Part shown: positions 1 to 14,746 of the stretch, piece after piece | Numbering within the stretch: position 1 is the stretch's first letter | Layout of the letters: every line of letters begins with the position of its first letter | Assembly (NCBI GenBank): GCA_047495785.1 | Contig: JBLDXI010000021.1 | Location: forward strand, 2,046,001 to 2,110,000 | DNA from: Lepidodermella squamata | Taxonomy: Eukaryota > Animalia > Gastrotricha | Direction: 5' to 3' | DNA length: 64,000 bases | Made by a program: the position numbers and the translations under genes | Notes under the pieces: generated by a model | Told to the model about the DNA's origin: nothing | Databases searched by the model: none | The model's input: the letters and a program-made list of their open reading frames with translations, nothing else

Positions 1-603
1 TGTTCTTTGCCGTGTGCGGACGTGTTCGCGCGTATTTTCATTCGTTTACTCAGCATTTTTCTATTATTATGATTATAACAAAATATCATTGCCACACAAA
101 TAATATAACTATTCAAGCTAGTGTGCTGGTGATGGTGGTTGCTTTATACGCGCGACGGTGGCATTTCACTCTGTGTCTATATTTTTCGTTCAGGCGCGTG
201 TATTCCCCAAAACTTTTACCATTGATCCCACACACATACACACACACATTATACAAATGCAGTTATAATAATTATTATAGCCCAACAACATTTTCAACGC
301 TAGCTAACCACCTGCACCACCGTCAGTGAAGAGCACACACTTTTACCTCTATTATGCCGTTAATTTTTTTATTACTCAGCTGTAACTTTTGTCATCATCA
401 TCGGCAGCTATTTGTGTTCTCTCGCGCCCTCTTCGCCTTTTATCTTTTACACTTGCTTAGCACGTGTCTCGTATAGTGACTCGATAAGAAGTGCTTAAAC
501 TACGTCGTGTATTTTTGCTGTATCCATACGGCTACCTGAAAACCTAATTTCAAATGTTGTGATAGAACGCGGTTATCATAAGCCACCTCGAGCTTAATTA
601 GTG

Positions 604-3115
604 ATGGATGGTTCGAGTTCCGACAACGCCGTTGACCCGTCGGCTAATTTCTGCCAGCCATCACACGATGCATTCTCTGCCTTTTGCGGCGGCGACGCCG
701 GGGCGGGCGGGGATGACCACGGCCAGGTCAGTGGCCAGAACGATTTCGAGGCTGCCTCGCAATCGCAGCAGCAACAAGGCCAACAGCAGTCTGTTTCGAA
801 CAGTCCGCAGTTGAATTTGTTGCATGGGACACTGGTCGACAGCAATGCGCTGGCCATTGACCAGCTCAGCAATTCTACGGCATCTCGCCCGACGTCGTTT
901 TTTCTCGACGGCGACCAGGGCGCGGACGCTAATAACGTCCAGTCAGTTGCGACCCCGCAGCAGGGCATGAGTTACGGAGCTGAAATGTTGATGCAACAAC
1001 CTGGGTCTAGCTACGGCGTGGGAGGCTCGTCGAACAGTAGCCACGTCTCGTGGCCCTTCCCGTCGCCTCCGCTTAGTGTTCCGTTCGAAACTAGCCCGGT
1101 CACGATGCAAAGTCAATACTTTCACCAGCAGCAACAACAGCAGCTGGTTGCGACCCAGTCAGGTGGCCAGTACGCCGTCCAGCAACAGCCCGGTCAGCAA
1201 GCCGTGTTTGCACCGTCATTTCGGCCCGGGTTCACGCAACCGATGATGTGCCCAACTGACCAGGGCCAGTATCGGAATTTCGCGTCTTCCTCATCCTCTC
1301 AGTTCATAATTACTCAAAATAACGCGTCTCTCGCTAATTCTCAGCCGCGCTCGTCAATGATGCAAACATGCGTTGGGTTAAACGGTGTTGATAGGAGTAG
1401 TGGGGCGGCCATGTTTCCAATGGGGCCGAGTAGTTTCCCCGGGCAAAATTTACAACCATCCCCTCAACAGGCTCAACCGCATTTACCACATTCCAGGATC
1501 ATGGCGCCGCTGGTTGGCCAGTGCGAGCTGAAGCTGATCGAGCTCAACAAAATGCTGCAGCAGCGACCGCACCAACACCCTCAAATGCCTAACACCGACC
1601 ATGCCGGCTGGTGGGAGTCATTTGTTGGCACGTTTTTCGACGATGAAGCTGAAGTCACATTCCGCCTATTTGTTGACGACGGCCCTAAAACATTCTGTAA
1701 GTCCTTTATCTGTTTTCCCCGAAATTTTCGAATGATTTTATGGTAAATTCGCAGCAATCCACCGAGTGCTCATACCTCGACTGTTCCGCTCGTTCTACGA
1801 AAGCGGATGTCGAGATCTCTCCTTTCTTGTTACCAACCCTCGAGAAATGTCAAACGGTTCCTCTTTCATCCTCGATAGCGATAACGCTCACATTGTTGCT
1901 TTTTATATGAGACCTCAGCCTGTTTGTGTAAGTTTGTTTTATCCACCCTGAATGTTCCGAGTGTCCCAACTTCTGCACCTAGATTATGACTGAAGGCCAT
2001 ATGCAGCTGCAGTTTTCCTGCTGCAACAACCCTACCACGTTGCGGATAAAAAACTGGACCTTCACAGTGGCAAACTCGAGCGAATATATCTCACGGGACT
2101 ACTTGAACCGGTTCTTCCAGTCCATGCGCCAAGATACGATGTTCAATATGGCCGAACCCTGTATGAGATATGGCCTTCCCGATGCCGTTATTGAGTTTTT
2201 AAGGGTTCGTTCTGATGAATCAGCAATTTTAAATTATATTTATTTGATTGTTTCTTTAGTTGGCCGCTATTTTAGAGCCAATGCAAGATTTAATGGCATT
2301 ACAAAAAAATAGTCACATGCCTCCTCGGCAATGCTTGGTCTCTGCCGTGCAGGAGCGTATCAATGCTGGCGTGAACCCAGGGCAGCAAGTTATGATGCAA
2401 GGGGCGCCCCAGCAACAGCCACAGGTCATGGTGCAAGGCCAGGTTCCACCACAGCAACAAGGCCGCATGCCTGCCGGTGGGCCGCCTCCTGACCCGGGCG
2501 CTGCTTCGGCCGAGAAGACCAAGCCGAAAGCTCCGAAACGGAAGCGCTCCAAAGCGGGTGCCAACGCCCAACAACCTCAACAGCCAACACAACAATTAAA
2601 ACAAGGTTTGTCATGGTTTTTGCGAACATTTTGATTCGGATCTTTGACGGGTCCAGGTCGACAATTCCAGAGAATTTTTTCAATACTTCCATGTTTTTAT
2701 TGTAGAACCTCAAGCAAGCATGAGTCCAGCCTTCGCGTCCCCTCAGCCGATGGGATCGCCTAGCTTCTTTCCTGGTCAACAGCCACCTCCACCTCCAGGT
2801 CCCGGGCAACAGCCTAATATGGGCCAGCTGCAAATGGGCATGCCACCGATGCAGATGCAGCAGATGCCGATGCCGGGTGGACCATCGCCAGGGCCCAATT
2901 TCATGGGCTCGCCGTATCCACCTCAACAGCAGATGCAAATGCCTCCGCAATCGCAGCAGCAATCGCAGCAGCAACAGCAACAGCAACAACAGCAGCAACG
3001 TCCGGTTCACCTGCCGTTGAATCCCGGCAGCTACGCCCCGAATCAGAACGCTTCGACGCCCACTCAGCAGTTCGGCGCTCCGCCAGGGTCTTTATCAGTG
3101 CATTCGAACGCTTAG
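604..3115 (+). CDS. LDB: LIM-domain-binding protein (LDB1/2, Chip) with long Q-rich N- and C-terminal regions; no recognisable LIM-interaction domain
   Basis: Exons 604-1696, 1755-1927, 1983-2204, 2260-2605, 2706-3115 joined by GT-AG introns. The spliced product has dimerisation-domain motifs WWESFVGTFFDDEA, DGPKTFSIHRVLIPRLFRSFYESG and LRIKNWTF, the LCCD LRLAAILEPMQDLM, and a KRKRSK NLS, matching LDB1 (DGPKRYTIGRTLIPRYFRS, VILEPMQELM). Confidence 0.92.
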
Positions 3116-4041
3116 TTGTTTTTGGTGATCTATTACGGGTTGCACCGCCTCGGGTATAGAACTTAGGTGCTGTTTAGTGCACTCTCGCGCAGTTTTATTA
3201 GTACCTATATATACCAGGAATGTTTTATAATTTATTTAATGCGCGTTTTTCTTGTATGTGGAGCGAATCTCTCCGCATCGGGCTTGTCCTGCATATAATA
3301 TTTCAGCCAGTTGGAGACTGGCTACCAGAAACTTGCCCTTGAGAGTACCGTTTTAAGTTGATTATGGCAGTGAAAAAGACAATAAACCAGAGTTTGTATC
3401 GTTGATTTGCTCATTATCGTTTTTTGACTGATTGAACGTATCTGCTACAGTTTATAATCATCATAGTATTCAGTGTTCCAAATCCACGGATAAAAACTAT
3501 TCTTGTTACTTGTTGTTGTTACTTATAGAGGGTCTCTCTTTCACCATTCTCTTGGCCAAAAATTGAGTCTATGGTGCCGTGAAGAAGCCCTGCCTGCGTT
3601 TTCTGATACTTATGGATTGGAGTATTTAATTTTGTAGCGTATCTCCTGACTGATGCGATGCAGCAGCTTTGTAATCGCATATGCAGATAATTGAGACCGA
3701 TGACGTATCGGAATTTTGTTAACTGCTCTTGAAACTCTTATTCCCGCCCGTCTCTCTCTCTCGCTCTCCGAATATATACGATGCAATTTATACACAAGCT
3801 TAGTTTTTGTGAGACCTGCTAACATTGCTTCTGTGCGAAGCAAGTTGACTCATCTGCTGGGCAGTAAAAGATTGAAATGTGAGTAAAAATTCTATGTTAA
3901 CAAACATTTGTTTTACTCTCATGTTGGACATTTTTTCACGGCAATAAAAGTATTCTTCTGCGCGTCGTTTCGCAAAAGAAATTATAACTAAAAGGCGGTG
4001 ATTTTTTATTCCACATAGGCCTGTTAAATCCAAGATCTTTC

Positions 4042-4266
4042 ATGGCCGAATCCTCCTCGAAACAAAACGAAGAATCTTCGAGCGGGGAAGAGGACGTTAG
4101 ACCCTACGCAGATCGCAGAATTATGCATCAAGCCCTGGTGATGAAGCTGCAGCGAGCTGTTGTGTCGCTGCACATGCAGATGAACAAGCTGCAAGAACAA
4201 TTGCGCGATGTCGACCGCTGCTTGGAAAGCTTGGTGGATCAAATCATGTTCAAGGACAACGAATGA
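4042..4266 (+). CDS. Small (74 aa) acidic and coiled-coil protein of unknown function; possibly an alternative terminal exon of LDB
   Basis: GC-rich, codon-like ORF in AT-rich surroundings with heptad leucines (LQRAVVSLHMQMNKLQEQLRDVDRCL). Acceptor ttattccacatag at 4018; AATAAA at about 4408. Confidence 0.55.
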   Translation: MAESSSKQNEESSSGEEDVRPYADRRIMHQALVMKLQRAVVSLHMQMNKLQEQLRDVDRCLESLVDQIMFKDNE

Positions 4267-4599
4267 ACTCGTGCCTGCTCATAAACCGTGATTTCGTGTT
4301 GGTGCTCATGTTTTTTATCGCTCAATTTACTAGCTGCAATTTTTACATGCATTTGTTTCTACTATACCTACTGTGTGCCCTTTGATAACACGTATTTACC
4401 GCGTGAAAATAAAGATGAACCATTATCATGTTCTCGGTGCGTCTTCAGTAATAGCAAGTTCTACGTTACGAAAGTTCGTAACGATAAAAAAGCGACATGA
4501 AGGAAACTGCAGTCCGACTTGGCAGCGAAATGGATTCGCGCCCTCAAAAGTGTCTGCTGCAATGCCTTTCTGTCTTTTGAAATTACCTGACAAAGTCAC

Positions 4600-7500
4600 C
4601 TGACAAAAACATCTCCGGTTACAGCTTATTAATCCGGGGTTTCAGTAAAGGCACGTGACTTAATCGCTACGCCACTGCTGAGCGACCACAGCATGGATAA
4701 CAGAGTCAGAAACGAGTTTCTCGGGCATTCGTTTTAAAGCATTTAACTTGTACCAGAGATGTGTCATAATTCCTGATCCGAATCAGTCGCTACCCGTCGC
4801 CATCATAAACACCGTAAATATGAGTGAAACAGCCCATGAAATTATCGATGATGATTTCTGAATCTACCTCTCAAGTCAATCTCGTGAAACTTTTCTACAC
4901 CCAGCATTAAACACAGCATATAACATTTCAGCTGCCAGCACCAATATCAGCGATTTATTTTAGCCCCCGTACATCGTAGAGAAAAGAATGTCGTCTTTCA
5001 AGGTGTCAGTCCGCTCTCTATATGCCCCCGTAGTTCATTCGCCGAATTGCTTTTAAAAATGATTTGACCAGTGAGACGTAGTGTGGATATTGTTGTTTTT
5101 CAATATAGTCATAGACATGCGCATATAGAAAAGTGGCGAAATAATCATTAGGAATGCGACGTTGATTTCAAAACAGCTTACAGTTATGTGCTCAGTTGCA
5201 AAGCAATATTAGACTAATGTGATGAAATAGGAGACAGCTCAAGGTAAGTGATTAACAGTGGCGACGATGACGTCGGTAATTTTAATTCGACTGTGATGAA
5301 TTTGTGCAATGAAGATGGAAATATGACTCAAAGTAATGTCGCGTCTTTGCCGACAAGATTTTGACTAAATTTTGCCGCTTTTCCTGAGCGTCCACCCGCG
5401 CTCGATATATAATTACCTGCGTTTGTTAAGTTGCGGATTGATCCGGCAAAAGGGTGTGAGGATGATTAGGATGTTCTCGCTAATTGGGGATTGAAGCTAC
5501 TGAATGAACATAACGCTCCATGATGTGTTTCTATTTCCTCTTAGCCGACGTATATTAGTAGACGTAATAATTATAATCTCTGTGATTGCTCTCGCCGCGC
5601 TATGTCTCTCTGACCACGTCTTTATCTAACGCGCTATTATTTACTACGGCAATTAGAGTTATTGCGAAAGGTGTTTAGACGTATCAAATTGCTAATTTCT
5701 ACGTGTCATCGTAATTACGACGAAAGCTTAAAAGGCGTCATCATCAAGGTACATCGGCGCCTCTGCCCGAGTTTCATCATCAAATTTATTATTATCTTGC
5801 GCGTTAATGATGCGAGAGGGCGCAAATGGTTTAAGGATGATGATGATCGCGGCCGTGACAATTTGTGAAGATTTGCGCATCCTATCGCTCACGTAAGAAC
5901 TTAATTCCTCCTTCGAATTTGCGCGTGTTATCTATGTAAATGAATTAGGTTCAAATATAGCCTTGTGGCGCATCCATCGAATAATCGCCACGCCTAAACA
6001 ATATCGATGACACTCGCCGAACGACGAAATCCTTCGCTACACCTAATAAATTAGGCGATGATGTTATTACTTACCGTTTATGCTTCGAACTGTATCGTCC
6101 ATAATTAGTCTGCATCGATATAACGCCTCGAGGCACGACATTTTCGTCAATTCTCACTTTTTAGTTACCATACGTAGGTAGATGATAGATACCTGCCGAA
6201 TACGTTAACCCCACTCTTCTCTCCCTTCTCTTGTCATAAAAATGTTCGATACACTTCTAAAATTGCATCTGAGCATATGCCGATGACATATGCAGCTCTC
6301 AATTTTCATTACACCGTTAATATTTCGGGGGGTTTTGGTTCATTTTTAATCATTTTTAACCACTGAATTAATTTCGTCCAATATTTTTGCCTATTAACTG
6401 TCCATCTGCTGACTATAATACTGAAAGCGGGGCATCTTTCGCATAAATGGGAGATTTTGGGCGTTCAGTAAATGGTACATATGCTGAGGGGTAATTTAAT
6501 TGAGATGGCTTATCAGGCAAATGTCATTTAGCTGAAATAACGCCTATTAGGACAAATCACTGACTATCGTCTCACATTTTTGGACAGTCAAAGACACCGC
6601 GATCGATGAGACAGATCAAGCAACCTTACAAATTGGGAATTCAGACGGTTTAAGTGCCTGTTTTTATCATTCCGATAATTAGTCACGCAATTAACTTGGA
6701 TAATTATGTGAAGTCATAGGATCTCTTACGTTAATGTTTCGCACTATCAATATTGAAGCGTCCTCGATAGCCATCCCTCGCATGATCCCTCGCGCATGTT
6801 TTGCGTCACAACATCCTCGTCTAATTCCGGCTAAGTAGCGACCAATTTGTAAATTTGCTCCACCTTCCCGCTCAAGATAAAATATCGATAATAGTGATTA
6901 GTAGGCGAATCCGCTGAATGTAGAGATTCTCTCTCACCGAAAAAATAGCCAAGTTGAACTTGTTCAAGTTATCCTCAATAAAAAGTTGCCCTTTTCGGAT
7001 TATGATAATTCCTGCTTAACGTAGGTTAGTTCATTTAGCACTCATATTAGAGTCGATATAAGGCTGCTAAGTACCCGTAAGCAAGGAAACTTTTCTTGAC
7101 AAAACTGGCTTCATCTACAGCATGCATATTCATTAATCCGTCAAATATACCTTCGATAAATCGTCAAGTTTTGCACGAAAACATGGTACTCTTCATTGCC
7201 CACCTCTATTTAAGACGCTGCCCCTTACAAGTTGTCAAGTAAGCTTTTAGACGTGCCGTATTGGCTTCAAATTATTTTGTAAGTCGTAGCTAATATATGA
7301 ACTCGGTCTCAAGATTGATGTAATATTTAATTGTTGCACGGGCTGTATCAGATTACCTTGACTAGGAGCCACTCGATTGAAAGCCACTACCTTGGCAATT
7401 TTCGAATAATTCCTTGTAATTGTAACAAGAACCGCGTCGCAATAGCTGTATCAATTTCCTGAAACAACTGCCGCTAAAATCGCAATGAAACTCGAAGGAA

Positions 7501-9520
7501 CCACTTTAAAAACGGCGCCATAAATCGACTGCGGCCGCCCTCGCAACTCCCATTGTATCCAAAATTTACACCTAATTACTTCTTAAACAAGGATTGCTAT
7601 AACCACTCGAGGCATGGTTCTATAATTGCTCTTTTACCTGGTTAATATAATTACTCAGGGTAGCAATCGAGCTTTGGCGTAATAAAACAATAACCAATCA
7701 ATCACATCATTATTTTCGAATTTTGTAACAACGCTTTAAAAATAATTAAAGTGCGCAAGCAGCATTTTAACTGTCAAAACTTATTTCCGTCGCGTTTGTC
7801 GCACTGCATACTTGAGAAGCGGATATACACGACGAGCCCGACATATCGAGGCAATGGCTGGTGATAGAACTGAAACCTATCGAGTTTATTATTACACAAT
7901 AAGTAAGTAGCCCTGCCTATCCTAAATTGTACTTTATTTTCCTTGCAAGCGCGCGTGCACCAAATCTCACCTGGCATATTGATGGGTTGCTAATTGCTGA
8001 TTAGGACATAACAGCCAGCAAGTGATGCTCACTTTATGCGCTATAAATTGATGCGTATGACAGGGTGATATTTGAAGATGCGCGCGAAACGCGTCCCACA
8101 GTGTAACGCGATCGCGCGATGCGTCATGCACCTTAATCATCATTTTTATCACAGTCGCCATAAAACAGGATACGGACTCGCCAGGTAGCATTTTATGATT
8201 TCTCAGCCACAATTTGATCGAACAATAAAGCTGCTATTATTGCGCGCTTTATTATCATCGGTCGATTATTACCTCCTTAATAAATGGGATCATGGCTCAA
8301 TACAGAGCCAAGGGCGGAATTTATTGGCATAATAATCGCGCATTGTTATGTAGCTCGCGTAAACCTATCTACTGATACAGCATGACCGGCGTTTTATTAA
8401 TACCCGTTTATCGGTATTATCGTTAATTTCGACATTCGTTCAAGTTGCGCCATTAAAAAGGCACCGCTTCTCGCTGCTTTTTTATAGTGTTTCGCGGAAG
8501 AACCAGATATATTGAGCGTGCGCTGACAGGTGCGTGTACTGAAGCCATGTTATCGAGCTACAATCGGCGTAGATATTTTACTACTAATTAGTGATATGGC
8601 CGCAATTTATAGCGCTGCTCACTATCGCGCGCAACATGCGGAACATGCGCGCTTAGATCCCGCAGTCGGGGCAAAAAGCCGCGAAGAGTTAAAAATTGAA
8701 GAGCTGTTTACAAATATCAGCAGGTAACAACCCGATATTGCGATGGCAATTAGAAGCGGTGTGTGATAGCAGCGATAACGCCGCAAAATCTGTGTAACAT
8801 AGCCAGTAATACTAATGTTATTATTGTTATTACCTGGTCTACTTGACATGGCAGCTTGAAGTCGCTTTTATGTAATATATTACTTTTATCGCGATCAACA
8901 AACGCATGTTTTATACATCTTAATTAAGTGCCAAATGTTCGCAAAACTGGGCATTTCCACGAGTATTTGCGCGCCGCTTTAATTGCCGAGACCGATACAG
9001 CATGATAGACACTTTGCTCGGGCAATAATGTATTATCAAGTGTCGAGTTGTGGTATTCGCAGCCTATAAATATCAGGCCTCTATTTTATGTTATTGCCGT
9101 CTACCTACTTTTATTAGCCTATTACGAACGCTAATACTCTCGCTTGTGTCAAGAAATGTGATGTGATGTTAATGAGGCCATTTGTTCTTCTCCCCTTGTT
9201 CTTACGCGCGAATGTAAAATAACAGCAAAGCGCCTTTTAACGCGAGATGGCCTCAGCACGACCGGTCTGTTTAGGAATCGACAACATGTAATAAAGGCGA
9301 GAGCGTGTTTTTCCCACCAGTTTATTGGTCCTGATCGCACTTTTCGATGTGTAGTAGTTAATCGGTCAATTAAGCGTCGTAATTTTTATTACAGTGATCT
9401 AATTAAGCGGCTCTTTGTTATGCGCAATTTGTTACAGCACCCATTATGACAGCATAATAGACTCCTTTACATTTTTTCATCTCAATTGATCGTTTTGTGA
9501 CTAAAATTACATCTCCCTAG
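4600..9520. promoter_or_regulatory. About 5 kb gene-free upstream regulatory region of NK7
   Basis: No credible ORF, in contrast to the 0.2-1 kb spacers elsewhere. Rich in TAAT/ATTA cores and NK-type sites: CCACTCGA 7369 and 7603, CCACTTTA 7501, TTAAGTG 6650 and 8924, TCAAGTG 9036. Confidence 0.5.
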
Positions 9521-11640
<2,120 letters not shown>

Positions 11641-14600
11641 AACTCTCGAAATCATGAGGTATAATGCACGATGAACAACTGCGAAATGCCCGCACTGATT
11701 ATTTACTCATTAAAAATGAAATCTTCGTGGCTCTTTTTGTTAATATTGTTCCAAATCTATTGTTTCAAGCAAGAAATCTCTATTCGCCACTCTTATGCTT
11801 ACGCCACTGCTATCAGTTTCGGACCACTTCCTGTAAAGCGAAATGAATTATGGTAGCAAAAATAATATTACCAATTAAATATACCTACCCAGTAATCTAT
11901 CATCTGTCTTTTTATGATAACGACTTGGAATTTACTAAACACATTATCTTAATTTTAGTCACAATACGTACATTTTTGCTGTTGCAGTAGTACCTACCTA
12001 GTACCTAGTGTATCTAAATACCTTTTTTGCGTATAAAATCAGCGGTGTTGGATTTTCACATGTCATTCGGTGTATACATAGCGTCTTCTGTCTCAGATGT
12101 AAGTCTTATGAATTCTTGATAGTCAAAATATTATTTGGTTGATCTCAGTCTCTAGTCACGTAACAAATCGCTTTGCTATCAGCGTTATATTCAAGCGATC
12201 CGATTTTTCAACACTGATCCTTCGTTATCTGTGCTATTCCTTTATCGCTCACCTTCTTTTGACAATGGACTTGATAATCACACGATTCGTTATAACCTGC
12301 ACTTTTCTATAACTGATAGTTGAAAACGAATTTCATTAAAAAAAACCTATGGTCCTTTCGAGTGGAATCCGCTACGCTTTTGCCTGGTAGTAAATTCTAA
12401 TAATCGTTCTATCCGTTTCACACATAAATCTATTCGACGGCCTGACATGCAAGTTCTAATTGCTATATATATTATTCGTGTCAAAAGCAGCAATGACAGA
12501 CAAAAATGAGAAATAAATATCGATTGTTTTCAAAGACCCGTTCAAGCGTATGTAATGAAATTGATACAAAAAAAGTTACGCAACGGATGCAACGAGCGAA
12601 TGTTCGCAGGTGACCTTCGACGAGAAACGAGAACCAATGTGCATACTGACGTCCCCTTTTTATCCGAGACACATTGGAAAAGTTGAAACCTCTGAACAGC
12701 CGTGAATGGTGGGGTTGTAACTTTTAACTTGTAAAATTTGCAGCATATATCGTCCACAGAACTTTTAGAAATGATAGGCGATCGCTGAACCTGGCATTGC
12801 GGACAAACAAAAATAATCTTCATCAGTTGAACTCCTTCCCACTCTGAGGAAGAAGAAAGCTGCATCATACATGCTCCAATTGTATCATTATTTTGCAATG
12901 GGTTTTGTCGTGCGTATATCTCGGCCTTTAACTTTTGTAGCTCGAGATGATACGAGTTAGCAGATAACCGATGTATGACGCTGTTCGCAAAACAGCCAAG
13001 TTGTTTCGCTGTTTATCACGCTCGTGACGAACTTATGGGTTACATGCCTTATCGATGCCACTCGATGAACGAACCATTCGGGCTTTTTGCACTTGATAAT
13101 ATCAAATGCGAGAATTATAGTTATTTCGGACTACCGCAAACTTATTGGAGACTTTCAAAACTTTGGAAACGTGAAAACCACAAAAATAAATCGCGGCAGT
13201 CGTGGTAATGGTAATGGAAATGTATGATAAGGAAAGATGCCAGCTTCAATTCATCTACTTTCCAATCCAGACCTAAGCAAGACGGGTTCAAGATCATTCG
13301 CAAAGCAAATTCAATGCGCAAAAAGCCCGGTCCCTATACCTTGATTCACGTTGGGTTGGGAAATTAGCACCATATGGACAAGTCAACCATCAAGCATCGA
13401 CAAGTCAGCTTACTCGTACTCTTTATTTATGGAAGTTTCCTTCTGACATTTAGCATTTAGTATCAGATATCATCACAAGACTTATGAGCATGGAAATCTC
13501 ATGATTGCTGGTCGAACCATGGTCCCCAGGCCCCAGGCTTTGTGTGCTGAGTAGCCATATTTTGATTGCCGGTAAATGGCGTCCTACACCGGCATAGGCC
13601 GTATGTATGTCAGTATTCATACAAAAATAGCCTTGATTGACCTTGAGACTCGCTTTTTGCAATGCTGGAAATGAAAAAAATGGATTCTAGGGCCACCATC
13701 AACCATAAATTTTAGAAGTCTCAACCAGCTCAATTAACATTTCAGACTACACTACATTTCACTGCTAGACTGAGACGTTTATTGTCATCTCCGGCCTCGA
13801 AAAGTGATAATTTGAAGCCGGAAATGCTTCAGACGCCAGCCTAGGCAATTCGCGTGGATGTGCCAACGATGAGAAAGTGGCATTTTCGGTTAACTGGACA
13901 ACTTGCAACGGAGTCATTCTAGTGGACACGGAAAAGCAAACAGTGTGATCTGAATTCGCTTGGCATTACATTGCATTTCATACTGATCTGCCGAGCTCCT
14001 TGTCGAGCTGGATTCGAAGAGTCAAGGGTCCAGGGTCCAGGACTGACCTGATCCGAGATCCAAACACACATGCAAACATTTACCCCAAAAACCCTGCTAA
14101 AAAAATTATCTAAAAAAGCTATTAAAAAATTGCCTATATATATTTTATAATAAATTTGTTTGAGAAACGTGTTGTAAATTTTTTATAAATGGTTTTGACA
14201 TTTAATTCAAAATATTGATTTGGAATTTTTTCCAAAAACAAAATCTCTCTTTGGCTCCGAAGTTTTCTTGAGTTTGGTTCTTGGATAGAGCAGTAAGCAA
14301 CGTCGCTCCGGCCTTTCGTTTTCATATCTTACCCTTGATAATCTGATAACTCATATAATTGCTGTTGGACAAGCCTCCGGTAGCCCTGGTCGTGTCTTTC
14401 GAATAGCGTAATCCCAAATCCCAATCTGTCTCTCGTAAATCAGCGCAGAATAGAATCTAAACTAGATTGTGTCAAATGAAATGACTATATAGACGAGTGC
14501 AATTGCTTTTTCACCCTGTAATTTTATTTAGCAGCCGGTCAAATTCAATATCTCGAATGCATAAGTTGAATGCCAGGTGGCTTCTACCGGTATCAGGTAG

Positions 14601-14746
14601 CCAGGAAATACGAAACAAGGTTCTAGTAATGCTCACCTGGAAGGCCGTTCCTCGGTGTTCTGTCTCCTTCATATTCTGCCTTTTACCTACGAATGAATTT
14701 ATTCTATTTGTGCATAATCTTCTTAGTGTTTTAGTCGAATAGAAAG

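Noticed and set aside
5238-5290. AAG|GTAAGT plus AATTTTTA as a possible SL RNA gene
   Set aside because: The Sm site lacks the terminal G and no stem-loops or repeats are evident; more likely a cis donor or chance.
11900-13700. Short ORFs at 12542-12898, 12975-13208 and 13450-13662
   Set aside because: No recognisable motifs, no coding-like composition and no consistent splice structure.
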